Assembly (NCBI GenBank): GCA_964389675.1
Contig: CAYMEV010000011.1
Location: 1-64,000, forward strand
Length of the DNA: 64,000 nucleotides
Reading direction: 5' to 3'
From: an uncultured Candidatus Sumerlaeota bacterium
Lineage (GTDB): Bacteria > CAYMEV01
The position numbers and the translations under genes were made by a program. Of this stretch, positions 19,332-28,196 are shown in pieces. A model generated the notes under the pieces. That model did no database searches, was not told the DNA's origin, and was given only the letters and a program-made list of their open reading frames with translations. The stretch's first letter is position 1; every line of letters begins with the position of its first letter.

Positions 19332-19717
19332 TTTTCAGTACTTTTTCCCTTCCGATAGGTATCTATCACATCCAGGACTACCAGAAAATTAAGCAGGCCG
19401 GGGACAATATTGTATATAACGCCTGAATCATAGTAAAAACCTGTCAGATTGTCCTTAAAAAGGTCAAAGGAAGCAGAAATGATATATATGCCTCCATTTA
19501 GAGATTCAGCAATAAACGCAAGAAATGTAAAATAGGAGGCTGTATCAAGAAAAAAGCTTCTGCCTCCAAGGAAGAGCCCGGTAATAAATGTGCCGGTCAG
19601 CACGGTAAAGAAGAACAAAGCCTTGTTTTTCTTTGATAACAGATAATGGCCGGACCCGGGCACCAGCCATGATAAGATGACCAGAAAAAATATATTGTTC
19701 CTGAAACTGATTTTCAT
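19328..19717 (-). CDS. DUF6677-like membrane protein
   Basis: LSWLVPGSGHYLL and GVIYNIVPGLLNFLVVLD; start placed at ATG 19717 just behind a promoter-like element. Confidence 0.7.
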   Translation of the reverse strand: MKISFRNNIFFLVILSWLVPGSGHYLLSKKNKALFFFTVLTGTFITGLFLGGRSFFLDTASYFTFLAFIAESLNGGIYIISASFDLFKDNLTGFYYDSGVIYNIVPGLLNFLVVLDVIDTYRKGKSTEK

Positions 19718-19812
19718 TTCTTGCATATTATTAAATAATGTATTATTGTCAAGTAAAGTTTTGCACTCATAAATAGTTAATATTTTCACAAACTGCTGGG
19801 TTGGCTGCTTGA

Positions 19813-21090
19813 ATGAAAAAACTGCTAAAAATTCTGAATAAGGCAGACATTAAGAGGGTCCTCTTAATACTGATAATATTCAATCTATTGCTGAAAATAA
19901 TCCTGATGTTCTTTCTAAGCCCGAACATGCCTCCGGTTGATGATGGAAAGGACTATTTTGAAATAGCTGAGAATCTTATAACCAGAGGACGGTTTGCAGG
20001 CATATTTGGAATAACATCAGTAAGAGCACCGCTTTACCCGTTTTTCCTTTCTCTGCTATTTCTTGCTTCAGGCGGGGACATTGCTGTTATGCGCATAATT
20101 CAGATACTGATATCATTGACAATGATTCCCCTGATATATCTGCTCTTAAAAAAGCTGGACCAAAAGAAACCTGCAGTAATAATTGCTTTATTTATCTATT
20201 CATTTTATCCTGCCTTTATATATCTCCCCTACAGGCTGCTTACCGAGAACCTTTTCATAATACTATTAATGATTTTTTCACTGGTATTCCTGAAATACAG
20301 GGGGCTTAAGGATTGTGCGATCTGCGGTATCACAGCGGGACTCCTGTCTCTGACCAGGCCTATGTTCCTGCTTTATCCGATTTTTGCGCTGATCTATATA
20401 TTCTACCATAGAAAAAAGAATTTCAGGCTTATAATAAGTGATTTTCTGGTTATTGTAATATTAATGGCATTAACAATACTGCCATGGACCATCAGGAACT
20501 ATATGCTGTGGGGAGGCTTCTGCCTGATTACCACCAATAGCGGCAATACTGTCATGATCAATAATAATGACCTGCTGTTTGATATAGAGGGGCCTGCCCC
20601 TCAGAACAGGGTTTTTAAGATGGAACTCCTGCACCCTGATTTTATGCCGGGGACTCCTCTATGGGACAGCATGAACGAACTGCAGAGGGACAGAGAGCTC
20701 CAGAAAAGGACATTTGCCTGGATAAAGAATAATCCCGGTTCATTTTTAAGGCTTATACCGATAAAAATATATTCCTTCTGGCACTATAGCCAGAATCCGC
20801 AGACACCTGAAGTCAGGAAATCCCTTCAGGATTTAGGATCAATTTTCTCATATTTAGCATTGCTTCCATTCATGATCTATGGCTTTTTTAAATCCTTTAA
20901 ATATATACATTTCCCTGATTCTCTATATCCCTTGTCTCTGCTTTTGCTGTTTCTCTTTACTACCATTATCTTTGGCGGCAGCCTAAGGTTCAGAATGCCT
21001 TTTGACATCTTCCTTATTATCTGGGGAAGCATAGGCATGTACAGTATAATATTAAAATTAGCCGGGAAAAGGCATGATATCAGATCCTGA
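19813..21090 (+). CDS. GT-C fold glycosyltransferase (ArnT/PMT, family 39-like)
   Basis: DDGKDYFEIAENL, RAPLYPFFL, LTENLF, LTRP, LPWTIRNY, LRFRMP; many TM helices. Confidence 0.85.
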   Translation: MKKLLKILNKADIKRVLLILIIFNLLLKIILMFFLSPNMPPVDDGKDYFEIAENLITRGRFAGIFGITSVRAPLYPFFLSLLFLASGGDIAVMRIIQILISLTMIPLIYLLLKKLDQKKPAVIIALFIYSFYPAFIYLPYRLLTENLFIILLMIFSLVFLKYRGLKDCAICGITAGLLSLTRPMFLLYPIFALIYIFYHRKKNFRLIISDFLVIVILMALTILPWTIRNYMLWGGFCLITTNSGNTVMINNNDLLFDIEGPAPQNRVFKMELLHPDFMPGTPLWDSMNELQRDRELQKRTFAWIKNNPGSFLRLIPIKIYSFWHYSQNPQTPEVRKSLQDLGSIFSYLALLPFMIYGFFKSFKYIHFPDSLYPLSLLLLFLFTTIIFGGSLRFRMPFDIFLIIWGSIGMYSIILKLAGKRHDIRS

Positions 21091-22765
21091 AAACGAAAAA
21101 GAGATCAGCACTATTGCTGAAGAGCTCTATAATTATTACAAGGGCCACCCAAGGATTAATACTGAGATCTGGCTGGAGTCACTGCTTATAGAGCTTTCAA
21201 AATCCCTGAAATTAACCAGGAATGACATTGAGGAACTGCTTGAGGATATAATACGCACTGATAAGAAGATCCCGCTTGAAAACCTTTCAGATCAGGATAA
21301 AAAAGAGCTTTTCAGGGAGATATCCGAGTGGCTTGTTGCAGAAGGGATCCTTAAAATGATAAAAGATTATGATTCAAGGATCAAGGAAGACACCAGAAAT
21401 GGAAAGCTTATCAGGATCGATGATATAATAAAGGTAAGCGTTATAAAAGAGCTTGAGAACATACCCCGTTTTGAAAATACAGATGAGCTGAAATCCTACC
21501 TTATGGATAATTATCTTATTGACACAGATAACCTAATAGGCAGTGGAAAGAGAATGAATGTATATGATTTCGTACCGGTCAGTTTCCCTCTTCCCTTCCC
21601 CAGGGAGGACAACCTGACAAAGGCGATAGTATTCAGATACCCAAATAAATTCCTCGTTATACGGATTATGAATAATATATACCGTGAGTTTCTAAGCGAT
21701 AAGCTTGAAGAATCAGAGGATGAATCAATAAAGGACTTTAATACAATAAACCCGTTTTTTACTTATCAGAAGGTGAAACTGTCCAATGATTCAGATAATA
21801 GGGCAAGAATGGCAAAATCCATCATTAAAAGCGGCCACCTGCTGAAGGATCACCTGACGGGAAGGTCTTTCCAGAAGAAAACCTTCAGTTTTATCCCGCC
21901 TCTTATAATTCTCAAGGTAAAGCTCCAGAACTCAAATACAGAAGAGTATGTAACCATACAGCAGAAGATATTCAAAAGGGGCGAAATTAGCATCCTGGAC
22001 AGCAATTTTAAGAATGACCTGCTCTCATCAAAAAGCTTCAGATATAAGGTAAAAGGCTTTATTAAGGCATTTAAGAGGCTTTTTCTCCAGAAGGGCCTGA
22101 TGCCTGACCTTATCGGAAGCGGCAACCTGCTTTACAATCAGTATAAGAATATATACCTTGTGGATATAAATAATGTAAGCAGAGAGCCCCAGTTTGAGAT
22201 ACTGGCAAATATGCTCCTTTTGAGGGATATAAAGATATCCATAATGGAAGGTCTCGGCATACCGGTAATTAAAAGGATAAGCATAAAGAAGCTGAAAGAG
22301 CTTAATGAAGAAAAACAGGGCTCTACAGGGCTCTTAAATGATTTTCTTAAAAACTACAATGATTTCTATAAACAAACCCGCATCAGCCTAAGGGATGCTG
22401 AACATATCATTGATTTTGAAAACTATCAGGACCGGAACCTTCTGAAATTCTTAAAGGATATAAGATTCCTTGATGACCTGAATGAGCCCATATTTCTTCA
22501 TAACCTTGACAAGGTTTATCAGATTGAAAGATATTTAATCAGTCTAAAAAAGGGCAATTACATGCCTGACGATGAGTTTAAGCCTTCAAATGATCCTTTC
22601 TATACGATAATGGATTACAAAAAGGGGGACTGGGAAAACAAGAACACCTATGGGCTTGATGATATGCTCGAGAATAAGAACAAAGGATATACTAACTGGG
22701 TTTCCTTCTATGTAATGAACTTTTATAACAGCTTCGTTTCCAGCAGGCATACAGGAGGCCTTTAA
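21074..22765 (+). CDS. Hypothetical protein with protein-kinase-like motif
   Basis: 563-aa ORF overlapping the GT gene; PDLIGSGNLL...IYLVDINN resembles a kinase catalytic loop plus Mg-binding Asp. Confidence 0.55.
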   Translation: MISDPENEKEISTIAEELYNYYKGHPRINTEIWLESLLIELSKSLKLTRNDIEELLEDIIRTDKKIPLENLSDQDKKELFREISEWLVAEGILKMIKDYDSRIKEDTRNGKLIRIDDIIKVSVIKELENIPRFENTDELKSYLMDNYLIDTDNLIGSGKRMNVYDFVPVSFPLPFPREDNLTKAIVFRYPNKFLVIRIMNNIYREFLSDKLEESEDESIKDFNTINPFFTYQKVKLSNDSDNRARMAKSIIKSGHLLKDHLTGRSFQKKTFSFIPPLIILKVKLQNSNTEEYVTIQQKIFKRGEISILDSNFKNDLLSSKSFRYKVKGFIKAFKRLFLQKGLMPDLIGSGNLLYNQYKNIYLVDINNVSREPQFEILANMLLLRDIKISIMEGLGIPVIKRISIKKLKELNEEKQGSTGLLNDFLKNYNDFYKQTRISLRDAEHIIDFENYQDRNLLKFLKDIRFLDDLNEPIFLHNLDKVYQIERYLISLKKGNYMPDDEFKPSNDPFYTIMDYKKGDWENKNTYGLDDMLENKNKGYTNWVSFYVMNFYNSFVSSRHTGGL

Positions 22766-22775
22766 AAGGCCGGTC

Positions 22776-24254
22776 CTAACGGAGTTTATATATTATATAC
22801 CTGATATAGTCCTTAAGCTTAATTATGAACTCATCAGTATCAAATAAAGGGTATCCTGCAAAAAACAGCATCCTGGGGACCCACCTGAACCCCTTTTTTG
22901 TAAAAAGCTTCATAAGAGGAAGGAATTTCTCCGGAAGGATAGAAAATATCGGAATAAGCTGTTTGATGGCGTTTGCCTGTTTTTTATAAGGGTGGCTCAG
23001 GAGAGAGATCTTATTCCATGTATTAAAGCCCTTTTTGCCAAGCATCACATTCCGGAAGCCCCCTTCATCAAGAAGCCCAAGCTTCAGAGATTCTTCTGTA
23101 AGTTTTACACCTGGAAAGGGATAAAAATTAAATGATGCAGTATTATTCGGTTTTAAGGATTTATTCAACTTAACGGTTTGCCACATCTCCTCTTCTGTTT
23201 CTGTCGGCACAGCAAATATCAGCTCTGTCAGGAGCTTTATACCAGCCCTATGTACAAGTTCCGCTGCATAGACTATATCAGCATTATCCATTTTACGACC
23301 CATGATATTTTCCCTTATTCTGCTGCTTCCGGACTGAACTCCCATGGATACCGCCCTGCAACCGCTTTCCTTGAGCATTTTCAATGTATCAGGATCGGTG
23401 CTTGTAGGTGATATATTGCACTGAAACGGAATTCTTATCTTTGAGCTGTATTTTGAACAGAAATCCTCAAGCCATCTTTTATTAACTGTAAAGACATCAT
23501 CATAAAACCTGATCTTCTTTATTTTATACCTGTCCTTAAAACACAGAAGCTCCTCTATGACATTGTCAACACTCCTTCTTCTGACAACAGGCTGGCCTTT
23601 ATACAGCCTGTGGTAAAGGTCATTGATACAATAGGTACATTTAAAGGGGCAACCTCTTGAGGTCATTATTGTATACCTTGTTGAAAATACCTTTTCATTA
23701 TAATACATATCCTTATCCGGGAAAGGAAGGTCATCAAGATCCCTGTAAAGAGGCGCAAGGGGATTCTTAACAGTTTCTGTGCCCCTTTTATACCAGATAT
23801 TGGGTATATCAAAATCCCTTTTTCCCATAACAGCCATTACCAGCTCAAGCAGGGCATGCTCCCCCTCCCCTATGCATAGATAGTCAAAACAACCCATTTC
23901 AAATATCTTTTCCTGCAGCGTAGTTGCATGTACACCACCCAGAACGGTAGGTATGCCAAAACTTTCCTTTATATGATCAGCCAGATCCCTGATAGAAGCA
24001 AAGGTAAGCGTCACACTTGTAAAGGCGATCAGATGAGGTTTGAATTCCTTAATAAGCTTTTCAAGTTTCCTGATCTTCTTATCAGACCTTCCCAATTTTA
24101 TAAAAAAAATATCATCAAAACCCGGATCATAGAAGAGCCTTGTCATTATATTTTTGCTTTTTAGAAAGGATGAGAGGTATTCTACACCCAGATTCTCCTC
24201 GCCCCTGGAAATAAATAAGACCCTGGCCTGTTCATCTTTCTTTATCTTATTCAT
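22776..24254 (-). CDS. B12-binding domain radical SAM protein
   Basis: LGGVHAT, GEGE, TSRGCPFKCTYC, FYDDVF, MGVQSGS. Confidence 0.9.
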   Translation of the reverse strand: MNKIKKDEQARVLFISRGEENLGVEYLSSFLKSKNIMTRLFYDPGFDDIFFIKLGRSDKKIRKLEKLIKEFKPHLIAFTSVTLTFASIRDLADHIKESFGIPTVLGGVHATTLQEKIFEMGCFDYLCIGEGEHALLELVMAVMGKRDFDIPNIWYKRGTETVKNPLAPLYRDLDDLPFPDKDMYYNEKVFSTRYTIMTSRGCPFKCTYCINDLYHRLYKGQPVVRRRSVDNVIEELLCFKDRYKIKKIRFYDDVFTVNKRWLEDFCSKYSSKIRIPFQCNISPTSTDPDTLKMLKESGCRAVSMGVQSGSSRIRENIMGRKMDNADIVYAAELVHRAGIKLLTELIFAVPTETEEEMWQTVKLNKSLKPNNTASFNFYPFPGVKLTEESLKLGLLDEGGFRNVMLGKKGFNTWNKISLLSHPYKKQANAIKQLIPIFSILPEKFLPLMKLFTKKGFRWVPRMLFFAGYPLFDTDEFIIKLKDYIRYIIYKLR

Positions 24255-24720
24255 CTATCAAGAGCTCCTTTATACTGCTTATTATCTCGGGAGTTTTTTC
24301 CTTTAACTCATCCGATATCCTGAAAGTAATATTCATATCTTTAGGCTGTATACAGACATAGCTTATTTTCCTGCCCGGATACATCCTGCATGAAAGATCA
24401 ACAGCATCAACTATTGAAAAGCTGTGGACAGACCTTATTGATTTCTCGTGTTTCTTGATATTTTCAGAATCTACAATAATGAATTCACCCGGCTTTTTAT
24501 CTATCATAGCACAGTCAACAATTATCACCTTTTCATATTTCTCAATAATGCCTATTATAAAAAAGGGATCCTGCCCGGCATTAAAAAGCTGTATCCTATC
24601 CTTCTCCAGTGTTTCATCCATCTCCAGAGCGGAAATTATATACGAGCCTATTCCGTCATCCCCCCTTAATTCATTTCCAATGCCCACAACTGCAGTTAAA
24701 TTGCCTTTATTCTCTTCCAT
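24247..24720 (-). CDS. Hydrogenase maturation protease family protein
   Basis: VVGIGNELRGDDGIG, VIIVDC, KPGE, SVHSF, CIQP. Confidence 0.88.
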   Translation of the reverse strand: MEENKGNLTAVVGIGNELRGDDGIGSYIISALEMDETLEKDRIQLFNAGQDPFFIIGIIEKYEKVIIVDCAMIDKKPGEFIIVDSENIKKHEKSIRSVHSFSIVDAVDLSCRMYPGRKISYVCIQPKDMNITFRISDELKEKTPEIISSIKELLIDE

Positions 24721-25058
24721 ATCCTGGTCTCTGTGAATTTAAAATTATGATAATATACTTCAAACTTATATTTATATCAAGACTATTAATTCCCTGTTTT
24801 ATTGTAAGAATTTATATATCAGGCAATATTTCCATGATATTGCCGTAATTCTTCTGGCCTGCATAACCCCATTATATTTTCCAGTGAAAATTCATGGCAT
24901 GTCACTTTGATATTTTATATCCGGAAAATTTTAAGAGAAAACCAGTTTTTTTATCTTAATGAGTATTTTATTTTCCTTAATTTTTAAATAGATATTAACA
25001 TTTGTCCTTAATTGTGTTATCCTAAAACTTATTGAATATTAAAAGAAGGAGGATTTAT

Positions 25059-26129
25059 ATGGCGAAGAATTCTAATACAGAAGGAAAACGCACTGATTTT
25101 CTGGGCATGATCAGGATAGCTCTCTTTATTACAATCCTTATAATACTTGTCTTTGTTATCCTGTTCAATATGTTCTTTGTGTATATCCAGCCCTATGAAA
25201 GCGGAGTGCTGATTGTTAAGGTACCTATTATAAGATCCAGGGGTGTAAAGGAAAAGGTATATGAACCGGGACTGCATTTTGTTCTACCATTCAACCTTGA
25301 GACAATGCACAGGTTCAATAAAAAGTCACAGGTTCTTGAATTGACTGAGTACCCTACTCAAAATCCCTATGCATTATTCCAGAATGCGGCAAATATACAG
25401 ACATCTGATGGCTTTTTTGTAACTGTTGATGTTTCAATTATTTACAAAATTGATGATCCTTATAAGATATTCACCAACCTGGGCCCGGGTGACAATTATA
25501 TTACTCAGGGACTGCTTCCAAAAGTGGAGCCTATCTTAAAGGAATCTTTCGGGAAACTGGATACTGAAGAATTCTACATCTCTCCCCTGAGAGTGAAACA
25601 GTCGCTTGAAGCAAGGGATAATCTGAATAAGGACCTGAATCCCATGGGTATCAAGATTGAACATGTACTCGTCAGATACTTCAAATACTCAGATGAGATC
25701 CAGAAGAACATTGAAGAGAAAAAGCTGATGGACCAGCTGGTCTTCAAGAATCAGTCCGAAGCAAAAGCAGCTGCTGAGGCAGCAGAGGTAAGAAAGGTAA
25801 ATGAGGAAGGCGAGGCGCTGTATAAGATAAAGCTGGAAGAAGGCAAAGCCTATGTTCAGAAAAGAAATGCCGAAAAGGACCTTTATGTAAGGACAAAAAA
25901 GGCTGAGGCTGACCTTCTTGTTGCCCTGGCTGAAGCAAAGAGAACAGAACTGAAGAATGAAGCATTGAGAGCTTCAATTGCAGGGGCAAACAACCTTGTG
26001 GGGCTTGACCTGGCAGGGCTCCTTGCTAATATAGATGTCATTGTTCTACCTTCGGACGGTGCTAACGGAGTCAACCCCCTTGATATTGACTCAGTGCTGA
26101 AAATGCTTGAAGTGAGAGGAGGTAAATAA
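25059..26129 (+). CDS. SPFH/band 7 membrane protein
   Basis: Single TM, YEPGLHFVLPF, IQTSDGFFVTVDVSIIY, Ala/Glu-rich coiled coil; AGGAGG RBS. Confidence 0.88.
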   Translation: MAKNSNTEGKRTDFLGMIRIALFITILIILVFVILFNMFFVYIQPYESGVLIVKVPIIRSRGVKEKVYEPGLHFVLPFNLETMHRFNKKSQVLELTEYPTQNPYALFQNAANIQTSDGFFVTVDVSIIYKIDDPYKIFTNLGPGDNYITQGLLPKVEPILKESFGKLDTEEFYISPLRVKQSLEARDNLNKDLNPMGIKIEHVLVRYFKYSDEIQKNIEEKKLMDQLVFKNQSEAKAAAEAAEVRKVNEEGEALYKIKLEEGKAYVQKRNAEKDLYVRTKKAEADLLVALAEAKRTELKNEALRASIAGANNLVGLDLAGLLANIDVIVLPSDGANGVNPLDIDSVLKMLEVRGGK

Positions 26130-26130
26130 G

Positions 26131-27168
26131 ATGATGTCGAGTGTAAAATGGATCATTACTATAATATTAATAGCAATACTTGTTGTAATTCTCTTATACC
26201 CGCACAGGACCGGGAACACAGAGTTAGGCGTCAGAACTGTCAAATTCGGGATCTTCGGGAAAAGAGGAGTTGTGGATAAGGTCTATGAACCTGCTTCGGT
26301 TTACTTCTTCCCTGCCATATTTAATGACTGGCATGTCTTTGATAAAAGGATACTCAACCTGGAAATGACCTTCTCGGGAGAAACCGGGGACAGAAGATTC
26401 AGGGACGACCTTCTATTTAAGACCATAGACGGAAATGATATATCCCTTGATGTAATACTTACATACAGGATAATACCGGAAAAGGTACCCTATATTCTGC
26501 AGTATGTGGCAGCTGATATGGAAGAACTGAAGGATAATATAGTCAGGACCATAGGCAGAAGCAAACCAAGGGATATTTTCGGCGAGCTTACTACGGAAGA
26601 GTTCTATGAATCAGAAAAAAGAGAGAGCAAATCATCAGAAGCCAAAGATGTTCTTAATAATATTCTTAATGATTACGGGGTCCATGTGGAAAGGGTATCC
26701 ACCAAGGATTACAGGTTCAGCACTGATTACACAAAAGCAATTGAAGATAAAAAGATTGCCGATCAGATGGTTGAAAAGAACCGTTCAGAAAAAAATGCTG
26801 TAATTGAGGATTATAAAAGAAAGCTCCAGGATGCTGTCGGAGAAGTCAATACAATGATAGCAGCTGTAGATGGCGTTTATGAACAGGCAAAAATTGAGGC
26901 TGATGCCTATTATGAAAAACAGCAGCTTTTAGCCCAGGCAATTGAGAATGAGGGAAAGGCTGAAGCCGAAGGCATAAGGAAAATGAATGAGGCCCTGTCA
27001 GGAGCCGGCGGTGAGGTCATGGTCAAGATGAAAATAGCAGAAGCCCTTAAAGATAAGAAGATAATCCTGATCCCTACATCAGGCGAGGGCGGAGTCAATT
27101 TTAAGACCCTGAACATCAATGACCTGCTTTCAATGCAGGGCTTAAAAAGCATATCTGAAGAAAAATAA
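26131..27168 (+). CDS. SPFH/band 7 membrane protein (second of an HflK/C-like pair)
   Basis: TM, FKTIDGNDISLDV, coiled coil with EADAYY and EGKAEAEG. Confidence 0.88.
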   Translation: MMSSVKWIITIILIAILVVILLYPHRTGNTELGVRTVKFGIFGKRGVVDKVYEPASVYFFPAIFNDWHVFDKRILNLEMTFSGETGDRRFRDDLLFKTIDGNDISLDVILTYRIIPEKVPYILQYVAADMEELKDNIVRTIGRSKPRDIFGELTTEEFYESEKRESKSSEAKDVLNNILNDYGVHVERVSTKDYRFSTDYTKAIEDKKIADQMVEKNRSEKNAVIEDYKRKLQDAVGEVNTMIAAVDGVYEQAKIEADAYYEKQQLLAQAIENEGKAEAEGIRKMNEALSGAGGEVMVKMKIAEALKDKKIILIPTSGEGGVNFKTLNINDLLSMQGLKSISEEK

Positions 27169-27177
27169 ATACAGACC

Positions 27178-27235
27178 GGCGGGGGTAATCCCACGCCCTT
27201 ACCGGGAGCAGGGGTAAACCCCTGCTCCGCTTCTT
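27178..27235. terminator. Tandem hairpins between convergent genes
   Basis: GGCGGGGG-TAAT-CCCACGCC then GGAGCAGGGG-TAAA-CCCCTGCTCC. Confidence 0.7.
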
Positions 27236-27240
27236 ACATC

Positions 27241-27399
27241 TTAGAACAATGTATAAATAAATGGCGCAAAGGCTGACTTTTCACCGAAAAGTATCAACAG
27301 CCCGAGAAGAAGCAATACTACTATGATCGGAATAAGCCAGAACTTCTTTCTTTCTTTTAAGAATAAGAGAAATTCCTTTACAATTGTAAGCTTGCTCAT
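27241..27399 (-). CDS. DUF5989 family small membrane protein (52 aa, absent from ORF track)
   Basis: Own translation MSKLTIVKEFLLFLKERKKFWLIPIIVVLLLLGLLILFGEKSAFAPFIYTLF with RKKFWLxP and APFIYTLF; AGGAG RBS. Confidence 0.88.
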   Translation of the reverse strand: MSKLTIVKEFLLFLKERKKFWLIPIIVVLLLLGLLILFGEKSAFAPFIYTLF

Positions 27400-27408
27400 T
27401 TTTAACTC

Positions 27409-28125
27409 CTAATTCTGTCTTTCAATTGCATATATAAGCATCTGTGTATAATTTTCAAACCTCTTATAATCCTCAGCGGGGCCGAATAAGCTGTCATCTG
27501 TTTCAAAAGATATGTCACTGAAATTAAATGTCATCCTGGTCTGCTGCCTGGCTGATCTGAGTTCAATTTTAACGGGAAAATTAAGATATTTTGATGATTC
27601 CAGCAGATACCCCTCCCAGTTGTCATTATTATCTTTATGCCTTATAGCTATTTTATACCTGATAATTTTATCACCAGATACTGACTCTTCATCTTCAATA
27701 ATCTTTTCATACTCATAGTCTTTTTTGTCTACGAGGAAGGTATAGTCGGAAACCCTTTCCTGCATTCTGGCATCCTCAACAATATAAGCCTTTATATCCG
27801 GGAAAATATAGTAGGTTAATAATTCTTCCGTATCAAACATGATAATGTTTTTATCAATGCCAAGCTTCCTCAGATTATCTGCTTCATAGGTATCATCAAT
27901 GAATTCGCTGAGATTATAGCTTATCTTGATCTGCTTTCCCTTTCTTGATATAAAGTAAATCAGCCTGGTAGTCTGACTCTTATATTGAACCATGATATCA
28001 GACCTGCATGAAAAGTCTCTCTGGACATTATCCTCCAGGACGAAGAATGGCTGAGAGTAGGCATCAATACAGGAGGCAAGGATTATTATCAATAAAACCC
28101 AATAATACCTTTTTAATGCTTCCAT
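27409..28125 (-). CDS. Exported hypothetical protein (DUF4412/LolA-like appearance)
   Basis: Signal peptide; YIFPDIKAY, FPVKIE, C-terminal DDSLFGPAEDYK. Confidence 0.55.
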   Translation of the reverse strand: MEALKRYYWVLLIIILASCIDAYSQPFFVLEDNVQRDFSCRSDIMVQYKSQTTRLIYFISRKGKQIKISYNLSEFIDDTYEADNLRKLGIDKNIIMFDTEELLTYYIFPDIKAYIVEDARMQERVSDYTFLVDKKDYEYEKIIEDEESVSGDKIIRYKIAIRHKDNNDNWEGYLLESSKYLNFPVKIELRSARQQTRMTFNFSDISFETDDSLFGPAEDYKRFENYTQMLIYAIERQN

Positions 28126-28196
28126 ACTAAATTTATCCCTCCGATGAACCTATTATCTATAAACATTAAGCCTTTTTATGTCAAAATAAATCATGC

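Noticed and set aside
24895-24912. Sigma54 promoter (TGGCATGTCACTTTGA)
   Set aside because: The position required to be GC at -12 reads TG.
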